Positions 1 through 13,571 of a stretch of 64,000 nt of DNA are shown here, piece after piece; the first letter of the stretch is position 1; each line of letters starts with the position of its first letter. Origin of the DNA: Owenia fusiformis (lineage: Eukaryota); assembly GCA_903813345.2 (NCBI GenBank), contig CAIIXF020000001.1, positions 10,540,001 through 10,604,000 of the forward strand. The letters are read 5' to 3'. The notes beneath the pieces are model-generated. The model saw nothing but the letters and a program-made list of their open reading frames with translations. It did no database searches and was not told the origin of the DNA. The translations under genes were made by a program, and so were the position numbers.

Positions 1-2258
1 GATACTTTTATTTTTTAAAGACCAATTAAAGACCAATGACCAATTTCTGCATCTTAAACTTTCATAAAATAAATTCCACAATGATCAAATTATGATACCT
101 TTATTACTTAATGTAAGATGAGGTAATTTGAGTGTGGGGGAGGGTGGGGAAGTATTTTTGCATGAATTTAAAAAATGAACCACCCCCTCCCAGTCACAAA
201 ATCCTGGCTATTGTAAGCCAAATAACATGATGAAGGCAAATGAATATCAGTCAGTCAAGCTAGTTATCTATCTAGATCACAATGTGATATTATGCAGATA
301 AAACTTTATTTTATTTTATTGCCTAATATATAGGAATTTGCAGGATATGAAGTTTAAGAATGGAAATGTCTACAGGGGCGTGGCCAGCTTTCAGTCAGTG
401 CAGGGAGGGGGGGGGGGTGCGATCGCCAAAAAATTCTATTTTCAGTCAGGGGATGCGATTGTGGCATAAAAAGCCAATAATTAAGATTTACTGTATCTTG
501 AATTTTTCAAAAATTTATGCAACTTCCTTCATAATAAATTGAGCTAGAAGCTTCAAATAAAAAGCATTCCAAAGCTCTTTTCTTCTCATGGTTATATTTT
601 ATTGGTTATGGGAGGGGGGGGGGGTGCGATCGCCAATTGCACCCCCCCCCCATGGCTATGCCTATGGTCTAATTGAAATGTAAAAACTCTGCATTGAACT
701 ACACGTATTAAAAGTTGCTTTCACATTCAAATAGCTGATACAGATATTCTATCTACTAGTATACTTATATGAACAGAGATATAGAATTTCAAACTGAAAC
801 ATTAAGATAATCTGTTCTGTCATTGACACAATATTTATGGCCAGCTAAATTTCTGAGAATTTAATGTGTTTCAGTCGTTTACTCCTGGACTAGTTACGTC
901 TTTCTATTCAAATACAGATTAGGCAGAGAACGCAGTATATAATCTAGAAATATATCTAGAGCAATTCACTGACTAGTTATATCAAAATAAACCAGATCGA
1001 CCCATTTATGATTAAACTTATCTAGTAGTTCCTATATTGTGAATAAGATGAAATCGTTCGATGATTTAGAACAATGTTAAAACATATATTCATGTTGCCA
1101 TCCCTCTCACAAAATCAATTTAATATGATTTCACTCTCGGAAATTTATTCCAAACATGTTCTATTTAATTCCGTGTGATTTATATAGACGTCGATAAAAC
1201 ACTACATAGCATTTTTTGTATTGCGTTGAAGTTAATTGATGATAATATATATTTATCCTATGCCAAGTAGAGTTTTAGGGAGATAAGTTGGTAAGATATA
1301 TCCCGTATCCTGATTTTGAGGTTTCCATATCCAGAACCTCCATATCTCCCGCCATATCTCCCACTTCGGTACATATCTTCCCGCTTCGGTGCATATCTTC
1401 CCGCTTTCCGGTAAGTAGTGCAAATGTAATAAAATGACTTTGCATATGAATGATTTGTTTATTTTTATACCTTGTACTATTGAAATGGCCATATGCCCCT
1501 GAAAACTATACTTGGTATAGGATAAAGCAGTTATGTACGGTCGGTTTGGATATTGGGTTCATCCCTCGTGGGACATGCACATCTACCTTTGGTACCTACG
1601 GTTCCTCAGGTAGATATGCATATCTCTCTCTGGATAAACCCCATATCCAAAACCTCCCAGTACATAACCCTCATTTATAATAGACAGAGTGACATAAAAA
1701 ATGCCACCCATTAATTTCAGAATAAATCTCTCACAACTTGGAAGTTGAGATTTATCTCATTTTCCGCGGAGGCATGCTCTGACACTAAAGCATTTATAAT
1801 TGTAATTAAGGAAACATGTCTCTAAAATTTAGTGAGCCATTTCATCAAACTGGACATAATTATTTAATAAAAATGTGCAGATTTGACGTATTAGTGATAA
1901 TATATTCATGAGACAATTTAAATTTTGGATTAATTATTTTTAAAGTGGTCTATTATACCTATGTAGGTGTCACGGCCACAACAATGTACACATGTTATTA
2001 TGTTTTAATGAAATACCGTAAATAGATATAAAAAAAGCTATTGAAAGCAATCCAGAAATGACCCAAATAATGGCAAAGATAGAAATCCCAATTTTAGAAA
2101 ATTGTATTTTTGAACATTTTTTGTAAGTAGCCTAGTAGCGAATAAAGTTTTCAATGGTTGGAAAATCATGTTGGCCTTTGGGAGCAATCTAGGCTCCATT
2201 TATCAGCAAGTTAAGACGCAGTACTGCAGTAGGACAGATAATACGAATAGTTCCTTAC

Positions 2259-4127
2259 TCGTCTTGCTCCCCATTTAAACTCAAAACCAACGACATCGTC
2301 TCCCTCTGAAAAAATAATAGTAATAGTTCAGAGTAGTCAAGTAGCTAAAGGGGCGTTGTCAGGATGACAAACTATAGTCGAAGCCATTGAAAATTATCGA
2401 AGCAAAACTTTTAATGAAGAATAACTTTGGAGTTGCAAAATTTCCACAATTTTAGTTGAAAAAACGTCTGAAGAAATATATTTATGTAAACGTTGGTGAG
2501 TCACCTGGTCGAATGCCTCATGTCTGGGAATACATTTTATCTGGGCCCACCCCACCCCCCTGGATCCGCCGGTGGATGTACGGAACTTGATAGTTGATAA
2601 AAAACTTTGAAAGCCATTTCTTTCAAATTCAAAGAGACATTTTAATTGCTACATGTACCTGGTTATTCCAAAAAGGTATTTTAGTTTGGATTTTCTATTC
2701 CTTTGCGGTTTACATTTTGTTTGTTGGTTATCAACACATACCGTCTTGGTTTACGTCCTCCAACCAAAGCGTGACGTCATCACCGTCAATCTGGTTGTTC
2801 CCATCCAAATCTTGCAACCTAGTAAAACACAAAGGCTAAATCATGTATTGTTACTGATATTATTATTGTTCGAAAAAGTTAAAACTCGAAAATGATGTAA
2901 GACTCAAATTAATTTTCGTCCAAACTTAAAACACTAGATAGAACCTACTTCACAAAAAACTTACTTAAAATAGCTAGGGCCTTCTGCCTTGGAGACATTG
3001 AAATCATCTGGCCAGTTAAGGGTATGGTTTACAAATTCCTCTACCGTTACAACTCCATCTCCTATAGTTAAAGCAACAAAGACGTAACTAGAACTGTACA
3101 ACCAATCAGATGTTGAACTAAATGTTAACAAGTTATTCAACGAACATGACAAATTTAAAGTAACAATTAACGGAATTTTCCTTGCCAGACCACTTCTCTC
3201 CTGATATGGTACCTTCAACCCGATATATCAATATACGTTCTATTTAAGGATAACGACAGAAATGTTTAAAAATATACTGTTAGTTTCAAGCTATATTTTA
3301 AGATTTATGACAGAAAGTGATATCATTGACTCTTCTTTTAAATTTGCATAAAGCTAGTTAATGATGCACTATTACTTGTAGGAAGAGCAAAGTCAGCTCT
3401 TTTTTCAACTTTGTCTATGATTTAAATCCTTCAGCTAATTTCTTTAATTCTAAGTCAAGCCCTGAAAATGTTTCTGCACAGAAAGTAACCTGTCTAGAAG
3501 TTATCGTGTGCTACTTTCCTATACTGTTATGGACCTTTTTTATAAAAGTTAAAAGTCTATGACATCACTTCCTGAAATGAGCAATGCATTTTGAAAATGA
3601 TCAATATTGACCATTTTAAAACATTTCCCATGTATTGCATAAAATGTAAAGTATATACATGTATATGGTTATCGCTGCCATACCCAGGAGGGAAATGGTC
3701 TGGTTAGGAATATTCCTTTAAACTTACTGTCTCCGTCATATCTGAAATAGAAACTCTCCAGCTCATGTGGCTCTGCTATATTGTCAGCGTTGAGATCTAC
3801 GATATAGAACCATGTTTCTGCAAGGTCCGGGTCTGGTTGATTTTGTCTATAATAGAGAATATGAGATCTTGTTTGCTTTTCATACAAGCTGTGGCAGAAT
3901 TCACATCATATATATGTGTTCATATTATTGTGTGACAAGCTCCCAAAAGAGTGCTTGTTGTTTAATATTTCTACAATTTGTTAAAAAAACCGAGAAGCTA
4001 GCTAGTATACTCTTTTATTATTTTCTTTTGTAAGGAGGCCTCTTTTATTAATTATGTCTATTTATTTGATTAGATTGACTTACCCAAAACAACCAACAAA
4101 AACTGCAAGTATTATTATGGCCAACAT
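2259..4127 (-). CDS. Secreted multi-EF-hand calcium-binding protein, paralogue 1 (5' part; later exons not found and presumably left of the window)
   Basis: Coding exons 4127-4084, 3846-3728, 3061-2965, 2818-2742, 2305-2259, all GT-AG. Lengths (44/119/97/77/47) and phases are identical to the plus-strand copy. Translation: MLAIIILAVFVGCFG QNQPDPDLAETWFYIVDLNADNIAEPHELESFYFRYDGDRDGVVTVEEFVNHTLNWPDDFNVSKAEGPSYFKLQDLDGNNQIDGDDVTLWLEDVNQDEGDDVVGFEFKWGARR... Confidence 0.88.
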
Positions 4128-5615
4128 TTGTTCAATATATTGTTCGTTCCGGTGAGACTGAGAATATACATTACACAAAGGAGTGCATGACATTTTATAC
4201 TTAAAGTTGACCATGGCCACAGTACCTCTTGACGTCAAAAATATGCAAGGTGTCCATTTTAATCATTTGAGATAAGATTGGTATATATTTTACTCATGAG
4301 TAGAAATACTGGAATATATATAGATTATACAGCAAAATCGTCATTCCTTTATCAAAATTACTTCATTTACTAAAATCTGAAGGTCAAATGACGTAAATAT
4401 TGAAATGTGAGAAAAACGCCAAGCATCTTTTAATTCAAAACGTAAGTAACTGTATAGACACGTTTGCAGCTGTATCCGGTCACACCAACGTTTTTTATCA
4501 TTCACAGTCCCTTGTTCACTACAGTAACACTTAACAGGACTGCCATGTCAATAAAATGGTAAAAAGCTTACCATGTATCAAAAATGAACAACTTTTGGGT
4601 TCGCGGATAAACATTCATACTCGTTTCCCAGTTTGATTTTCAACACATCATACCTTGGAAATCCAAGATGGATAAACATTATGACGGGGTGATTACTGTT
4701 GTCAAAATTCAATTTTCGGCAACAAGGTATGAGAAAACAACATACAATATATTCTTCATTGTTATAGACAATCCCCATTCTAATGTGTTGCATGAATTTC
4801 AAGCTTTGTATTCCTCAACTGTAAATAATTTTATACCGAACACTCTCTACGTAATAGCGAATCACTCACCGTTGAATAATAAAAACATAACATTTCCTCA
4901 AATCGTTGCTTATCTGAGTCACCCTGTACATGTAAATGTAGCTTAAGGAAAGATAAGCCAGAATTTGATGAATATTAAAATAGGTTATTGATAACCAGGG
5001 AGGTATATGCTTTATTCTAGGTACAATTGATGATATTGGATTGGCCAATAGTGTACAATAATTTAGTGTCATGTCCATATATAATCCATATGCATCCCCT
5101 CTTAAAATACTCCAGGTTACGTAGCATAGGAGAAATACAGGGTGTCTCTATCTATATTTAATTAGTCTCTTTACACCTGACGTAGATTTTGTATTGTACG
5201 TATGTAATTATAAAGAGATTTTTATGGACACCCTGCATGTTTGTTTACTGTGTTAATAATAACAACTTTAACATCCAAGAAGGATGATAAAATGACTTCT
5301 TTAGTCCATGGGCTCTAGTCATGGATGACATTTGATCGAGGTGTCAGGGTTTAAGATTCTAATTTAAAAATATTTACCGCCATACGGACAATCAGACACG
5401 CTGTCTACAGTGCCTAAATATTTGTAATAAATAACTGAATATTAACATTCCTTATCACATCTTAAAAGATAACGCAGTCTTATCTTAAAATAAGTCATTT
5501 TAATCAATTGAATGTAAATCATAAAACACGATAATTTTGAATAAAAAGGACCCAGGAATCATTGTTTTCAAAAGCATTTTTCCCTAGCTGTACTATTTGT
5601 AATTTACCGAACAAA

Positions 5616-8600
5616 ATGTGGACTATTGTGATACTTGCAATTGTTGTTGGCTGTAACGGGTAAGCAATGACTTTGACCCAAGATGAAATGTTTTAGCGAC
5701 TAATGGGAAAATAAGAATATATATTATATCAGTTTAACTGTAGAAATTAGAAAATAATCTATAATTTGTATTCATTTTTCGGGTTAAAGGAACAATTACA
5801 GAACGCATGACCCACATTGGATGATGTGAATTATTGCATCCCATTAACATCAAATATGAATAACGATGATTTTTTCCTAACGGTCTTCGATGTATTCATC
5901 TACCATGGTATGAGCTCCACTGTTCTCTAATTTTTATATTTCATAAACACAAAAACATTTAAACGACATAAGATACACCAAGATATAAGTTTTTAAAAAT
6001 GTTTAGTATACGCTTTTCTACGACATAATTTATAGACAAACCCAACCAGACCCGGACCTTGCGGAAACATGGTTCTTTTTCGTAGATCTCAACGCTGACA
6101 ATATAGCAGAGCCACACGAGCTGGAGAGTTTCTACTTCAGATACGACGCAAATAGTAGGTTTAAATTGATATTTTGTTATTGTCTTTTATGTAGTTTTTT
6201 TAGTTGAGGAAATGGTTGTTGAGGAAAATTCTAATGTACAATTTAAAAAGCTTACAAATGTTCTGCTTTACAATCCCTTTCCATTTTCTGAAGAAAAAAG
6301 AAAACTGAAAATTGTGGAGATTGTTTCTAAGATAAAAATTGTCTAATGGGACGCCACCCTTTCTATTGATGGAATACAAGCTTGTTAAAGTAAGAACGAT
6401 TGGAAAGAAGGATCTGTTGGACATTTTAGATAAGATACTGAATGAAATGTTGTGAAAAATTGTGACAATTTTTACGGCTGGCACCTGGCCATATATACAA
6501 TCCAGGCGCATCAATCTGACAATTTTTCAATCATTTAAATACCCAAATTGTTATTAGGTTGTAAAATGTCTTACAGACAAACTTCTTTTATACAAATATA
6601 TTCATTTGCTCTTAAGGAGATGGCTTTATTACGGTCGACGAGTTTGTAAACCATACCCTAAATTGGCCTGATGATTTCAATGTCTCCAAGGCAGAAGGTC
6701 CTGCCTATTTTAAGTAAGAGTTCCATTTTTACATAAGAATATGTACATATTACGATTGATAAAATAAACCATAATACATTTTATGAAGCTGTAGAATTCT
6801 GGGTATTTGTGTTCTCTGATAGGCAAAAGTAAGAGTAACAAAACTAAGTAGGTTTGTTGTTGGCTAATGGCTATATAACATGATGACGTAATTTTATTAT
6901 AAATTACATGATGTTTCTAACAATTTATATACTTAAATAATTAGAGGTTATGTCACTATCGTGGCATATATGCCCGAGGTGTCAGTGATATATGGCCCGA
7001 CCTTGGGAGGGACATTGATCTCTGAGAACCGAGGGCATATGTGCCACGATAGTGACATAAACGATTTATAACATACCTATGATGATGTAGACTGGTCAGA
7101 GAGTACCGTTTTCTTATAGAATTGACAAACAAATGGTTTGAAAATGATTGAAATGAGTTTAGAAAAATTGCTCGCGCAGTTTTATCTTCGATTGATTGGT
7201 TATGATGTCAGCGCCTTGACCAATCAGAAAGTTAGCGGGCGCGGGCTTTTCAAAACTTATATTGACCCGCTGTCTTGTGTACACTTTGCACTATACATCA
7301 TCATAAGTACGTTATAAAAAGCATTATCAGATTTTTGCCTGAAAAATATGTTTTTATATTACACAAGATTGCAAGACATGGATGGAAACAACCAGATTGA
7401 CCCTGATGACGTAGTACTCTGGCTAGAAGACGTGAACCAAGATGGTAACTTTTTAATAAAACCTTGTTTTATGAGTCCCATCCTACATATTATCTACAAA
7501 AAATAATTGAATTAACTAGGCAATCTGGATTGTTTTTCGGTTTAGTTTTTTTATTTTCCAAAATCAAAAATGTTTTATGTTTCAGATGGGGATGATGTCA
7601 TTGGTTTCGAATTCAAATGGGGAGCAAGAAGAGTAAGCAGTTTTACACAAAATACGACCGCTTCTGAAAAAAATTATGTCTCAATATTTTTTCAACATTG
7701 ACTGAATTTGATTTTTGTCCAGTCGCAGTACTGCGCTTCATTATTTGATGTGTGATTTTTTAGATATTCCGTGCAGTGCGATTAACGATGATTCTTATCC
7801 AGTATGATACCGATGGAATGGATTCACTAAGCACAGCTGAATTTGATGCATTCTTCAATGACTTAGACACAAACAGTAAAACGCCTTTGCTTCATCACAC
7901 TGTAGAAACATAACTGTTGTGAAAATTCTCTCAACATAAAACACACAGACATTTAAAAACGTACATTAAAACCTGTCTTAGTGAAAAAATCTCTAGTGAA
8001 CACCTGTCTCTATATAGTGGACATTCTTCTCCGACACGTACTCTATTGACTTCTGTTTAAATCATACAAATACATGTACCAACACTGAACATTTTTTTCT
8101 CGGCAAAAATGTTCAATATACACAGATTTAAATGTAGTTCCTACTAGGAATTACTAATTTTTACAGAAATTGTTAATTTATGTACTCATATAGATGTACA
8201 TTAAGATGGTTCTATTTAGATGACACACAAGTAGACCTGTCCGAGTTTACCACATTTTGGACCAACTGGCAGGGAGGAGATGCCGATGATGCAGCGCTCA
8301 TTCACAGGAAAATGGATTGGAACGAAGATGGTGTGTGGGATCAAGCAAATGATGTCACCAATGGCCTTTATGGAAGAATTGATAAAGATCGTAAGAAATC
8401 ATTTTAAAATGTCGGGGTGCATAGGGTACACAGGCTAATACTCATGCATATATGGATTTAGGGTCGACCTAAATCGTAAAATAAACCCTTCAGAATACTG
8501 AAGCCTGAAGTTGATTCACTTTTTGGAAGGCACCGTTATGGGTTTTGATAGTCACTGGAGGCCAAGGTGCCCTTCAAGTACCTCCTAAAATGAAAGCTTT

Positions 8601-9270
8601 CTGAAGTTGGACCTTATGCCCGGAAAAGCCATATTGGCCTATGTGGAATTCGTGTAAATCGGTAATGACCATATAGTTTTGATAAGAAATAATTTTTTCA
8701 GCTGAGGACACCATCCTGCAACTTCACGAGTGGCTTTGGGTAAGTTCATTTACTTTAGTCTACCAGTGAACTGGCATATACGTACATAACCTCGCAATGC
8801 TTATTGAATGAAGTTTATGCATATATGTATTGTTTCCACATGCAAAAACTGCAAGTTACAAGAGGAATACTTTTGGTGGTCATTTTGAAATTTTTTGGGG
8901 TTTGGTTGACTAAGGTTTAAGTTGACCAAGGGGTGGACTTGGGGTTGGGCTTGGGGGTAAGATGTCCACCTCACCATTTAGCATAAATGTGTAAAGAATC
9001 AACATGACAACAAAAATGACACTTGCAAGGACTAGCATTGATTCAATTATTTTTTCTGCGAGTCAAGAATTTTGTAATTTCTACAAATGTATAATCGTTT
9101 TTATTTCATAATCAATTCTAGTGTCTAGTTATTGTTGGACACCAAATTCACTAGTTTATTTTGATGTAAATGCTAATTTAATAATCTTATAAATAATTGT
9201 TTTTCAGATTGACCATTTTGTAAACTATGATGTGCGTTGTGACGTACCTTTGTCCAACATCATTCCTTAG
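5616..9270 (+). CDS. Secreted multi-EF-hand calcium-binding protein, paralogue 2 (255 aa, about 8 EF-hand-like loops)
   Basis: Exons 5616-5659, 6036-6154, 6617-6713, 7368-7444, 7586-7632, 7764-7875, 8220-8390, 8702-8739, 9208-9270 join in frame (768 nt) with GT-AG sites. Signal peptide MWTIVILAIVVGCNG. Loops DLNADNIAEPHE, DANRDGFITVDE, DMDGNNQIDPDD, DVNQDDGDDVIGFE, DTDGMDSLSTAE, DTNNDTQVDLSE, DWNEDGVWDQAND, DKDPEDTILQLHE. Ends ...VPLSNIIP*. Confidence 0.9.
6941..7317. mobile_element. Short non-autonomous hairpin element (HINE/DINE-like organisation); related copy at 36339-36653
   Basis: Starts TTAGAGGTTATGTCACTAT, with a 5' stem TTATGTCACTATCGTGGCA...TGCCACGATAGTGACATAA and a second inverted pair (TTATAACATACCT / AAGTACGTTATAA). 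The same start and layout occur at 36339. Confidence 0.55.
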
Positions 9271-9305
9271 TTTGGCACTTTTATTGTAACAAATATTTCA
9301 TCATC

Positions 9306-9311
9306 AATAAA
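9306..9311 (+). promoter_or_regulatory. Polyadenylation signal of the plus-strand EF-hand gene
   Basis: AATAAA 36 nt after the TAG stop at 9268-9270. Confidence 0.6.
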
Positions 9312-10123
9312 CGATATAAGATTAGATTGAATATAGATTAGTTTTTTCCACTGCTTACATCATGGGGAGTACGAAGTATATAGGGAGAAGTATTTATGTC
9401 ACTCCCTTGATCAGCAAGTTTTGAATATCTAGTAAAACACGTTATTGTTAGATAGAATAGGCCACAAAATGAGACACCTTGCATGAATGTTAAAACCATT
9501 TACAAAAAATATAAACTATAACCATGTTGATTACCAAAAGATGTTTTTAATAAAATATATTCCCTGTGCCGCTTGTAGTGTTTCTAAGATTCATTACTTT
9601 TTTACACTACCACTTATCAGAAATATTATATGAAAAAATATTCAGTATGATTATAAATTACTTTATTTTGCTGCCCCGAGTGTGCCGCCCTTGAATCCAT
9701 ATTGTCCACAGTTGAATATTGTTTTTTGCATTAAGAAAGAGTATGTGAAGCTAGTAATAACACAAATATAATGTTGTAAAATAAAGAGTTTCATTCCAAA
9801 CAATGGACATTTCCAATGCTGCAATTTCAAAAGCAGCTTTGGGCATACTACTTTTGTAGATCAAGCAAAAACAATTAATATTTGCTTTACCGTTACAATT
9901 AACTATTTGAAAATAAGTATGCAAATGTCAAGCAAGACATTTCATGCATATACATATGTAGATGCTATTTCGAATTTCATTTATCTTGATGGTGTTTTTA
10001 TTGGAAGACAACAATGAAACATACTTCGCAACATCTGATGCACATTTTCATGATGAGAACTTATGTGGTCCTTAAAGTGCCCGATAAAGTATAAAATGCG
10101 CATGCGTCCAGGTGTTGATAAAC

Positions 10124-10165
10124 TATAAATAGCGAAAACCCAGGGTTTGTCATCACAAGGTAAGC
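10124..10165 (+). promoter_or_regulatory. Candidate TATA box plus tiny 5' non-coding exon, possibly of paralogue A
   Basis: TATAAAT at 10124, TCATCAC about 26 nt later, strong donor AAG|GTAAG at 10160. Paralogue A's ATG exon is preceded by an acceptor (TTTTCAG, 13557), so an upstream non-coding exon is expected, but the link is inferred. Confidence 0.35.
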
Positions 10166-13100
10166 CAGGACGTGTTGAGAGAACAGCTAGTGTTGATATT
10201 GAATTTATATGTAGCCAGATAAGTTTCCTTATTGAAATTACATATGGTTATTAGCAATACTTTGTAGGTGCTAAATAATAAAATATTTAGAGTATATATG
10301 AGAGAAATTGGTCATTTCGAACCTGTTGAAAAGTTTGTGGCTCTCGGCTACACCGGGGAATTTACTTCCATGAGTACACACATAAATGTGGGGTTCCCCA
10401 AGAGGTACGCGACAAGGTGACCTGGCATCAAATGTGCGACTAAATGCTACTATCGAGAAGATAAAATAACGAATACGACAATAAGTTATTGCATGTGACA
10501 ATTCCGAGCCTTCATCTCACTGAAGTATTTTGAAGTGAAAATAGGATTTTTGTTTTCATACATGGATTCAGATGAACGTAACTTTATTCTGACAACTAAT
10601 CAAAACTGAACAAAATTGATTGTACGTAACAGACAATTTATTGTTTTACAATGTTTTGATTGGCTAAACGAATGAAACCAACAAATTATGACATGTAAAA
10701 TGACAATTTTGAAATGTAAAATTTAAAAGTGACAAACACAACCTCCCTATCCACTCTTTGGGAGCCCTAGTAAATTAGTAATATGTACATGCAGCAGTGG
10801 TAGTGTACAAAATAATAAAAACAATCAAATGCTGTAGTAAGGGGAAGAGTGAGACAACTTACTGATTGATCTATTTGCTTTACCTATACATAAAGTATAG
10901 TATGACATTTCTATAATGCTTTCCATTTACGTTTTGATGATGATATGTTCCTTGTATTCCTTGTAATTAATAGTTAAAAGCCATATCATATCAGCCCCTT
11001 AAACATTCTTTTTTATTATAATATTTCACAATTTTGTTAAAAAAATTGTTTACTGATTATTTGGTGAAAGGAATGACTCTGAATTTTAATGCAGAGAAGG
11101 TATTTTTCTAATGCTGTAAAAGGAATCATAATCACCAGTACTCTTCATAGAGACTGACATTGACATCAAATGAATGGTCCCTAAAAAGTTTACAAGATTT
11201 TACTAGATTTTACTAGATTTACTAGATTTAGATTTACTAGATTTACTAGATTTACAGTCTACCGTAGTGTGCAGCTTATTATCACACTACCCTTTGTATT
11301 CTAAAGCCTGTTGTTTGTAATAACACTGTTCACTCAACGTATGTTTTGTGTGTGGGCAGTCAACGATAATCATTGTTTTATCCCGGTTATATGACCTCGG
11401 CAGTTATAACAAAACCGTACTAAACGAAAAAACGCAAATAAGAGAAAGCTTTCACACACATATAAAAAATGAACTAGTCTAATCCGCCAGTATAAACTCT
11501 GTGCTATACGCAAGGGAAAGATCAATACCCGGTGATTTCAGCGGGAAGTGGCGTTTCGTTCAGTGGATGAGCTGCGCGCGCACGCATAAATGTGATTATC
11601 CAATATAATTAGGGGAGGGCTATTTGAAATAGTTTTTGGTCTTAGGCGCGACCCAGGGCTGATGTCTTAAGGACATTTCGTTGAAAATGAGCCATTCGGC
11701 TGATAATTGGTGAGAGTTTGCGATCTTATAATGTATAACTGTTACTCAGACACATATTTTGACACGATTCTGTTGGAAATAAGCTTTGAACCGAGAGATA
11801 TTCACGATTGATATGCACATTTTTGATTGTGCCATTGCTTTTCCATTGCACAATCCATGTATTGATAGAAGAAACATTAATAATGCAGATTGGTTTACCT
11901 TCAATACATGGCAGACACTACATATCGGTCTATTAATACCAGTTTGTTCTTTAAATAGTTTTATATTTCCATCCACGGCCTGGAGCCTGGGTGTGTTTGT
12001 CTCTTATGTGTATGCTTGTGCATGGACTTCTAATCACTAGCAGAATTTAACATGATGCAAACTCGACATTATAACTCATGCTGTAACATTTTGACTTCGC
12101 TGGAAAACAATAGGAATTATTTTTCTTGCCAATCAATCATGAATCACAATCAAAAATGATTTCAGAATGAGCAATCAGGCAATGATCCAAATCAAGTTAT
12201 AACATTATATGATATTCAGCAAGAAGTCCGGTAGAAATACAGAATATTTTAACATCAAAGCTGAAAGTTAAAAGCTAATCTGTCAATTTTCTGTCTGCAA
12301 AAGAGCGTTTACATTTGACACAATAAAAGACTGAGGCTTTGAAATCTAGGATTCCCCAGGAAAATATGACGTCATACTAATTAGCATAAGGATTTCCCTA
12401 TTGGTTTGGGTCGAGCCTTGTTCGAAAACACAATCCATAAATACATGCTAATTTCTAAGGAGATAGGAAGTGTATAACGTGTTTATCGATTTTGTTTAAA
12501 TATTTAATCAATTATCAAATTGTTTAAGTGGATAAAGTGGTCACACTTGCTTCAATTCATAGCGAAATCGACGGATAGAAACTGACCGAATTCCCGATAT
12601 CCTACCCCGTATTACTGTAGGCTATAAGCACAGTGACCTACAGAGGGCGCTATCACAAACAAGTACTGCACGAACCGATAAATTCCCGGGTATTGTAACG
12701 CCCTTGCTATACGTAGCCGGGTCAGGCGCACACTTTTCGCAACTTTTCGAGTAGTATATCTCATTTCATGAAGTGCAATACCTGGTCATCTTTCAATGAT
12801 TTTCGTAAGGTATTACCCGCAGTAATAGAAGTAGAAGATATATAAGAGATACAATGTGCAATCAGAAATAACCCAAATTTTACAAATTGCCTTTTTAAAA
12901 TAAAATGTTGCGACAATGTTTTACTTTTGATTTCTAAATCACTATTTGCGCAAGAAACACTATTGCACTCTAGTTTATATATTATTCCAAACCAATTCCA
13001 TCAATTTTGATAAGGTTTTTCTAAACACATACTTTCATATCTCGATGGGTGTGTTAGATGTGGTTGGTGAAGTGGGAAGTTACAGATGACCATTTACGCA

Positions 13101-13571
13101 AATAAAGTAGGAACATTAATTAAGTATAATTATTACACGTAAAACATAGAAATGCGCCTTCTAGATAAAAGCATATCATAATTGTTACACGTATTTGATA
13201 AGTATTTACATTAGATTTTAATCAATCTTTATGTAAATAAATCCCAAGTGGCATTTCAAATAAAAAAACGACAAATACACAGTGATGACAAAATAAACAC
13301 ACTGCGAGATTATTTTATGGACCCCTGAGAATCAGATATAGTTATCTTCAGAGCCAAGATTCTTCCACTTTCATCGTGACACGGATTCTGGTACATGTAT
13401 GTCTAGTGCAGTTTTATAAAATGATTAATGGAAATAACTTCAAAGGATAAAAGTGCAGTAAAATCATTAAAGATATCATACTAAAATAATTAGATAGTAA
13501 CAATCGCTAAGAAACTTGCTTAAAATGCCAGGTATAGTAGTTGTGAGTATTTTTCAGATCTACAAACCACA

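Noticed and set aside
1300-1660. ORFs 1253-1492 and 1450-1680 over CATATCT(C/T)CC-type short repeats
   Set aside because: Degenerate intronic repeat with no splice or homology support. No match to the missing EF-hand exon 6 was found in 1-2258.
5790-5910. Candidate extra exon in the plus-strand EF-hand gene
   Set aside because: Stops occur in all frames, and exon 1 joins 6036 directly in frame as in the minus-strand paralogue.
9320-13500. Possible eighth paralogue or other gene upstream of A
   Set aside because: I found no signal-peptide exon, 21-nt microexon or PF exon. Only repeat fragments and a 10-bp TTTACTAGAT repeat (about 11197-11255) are visible.
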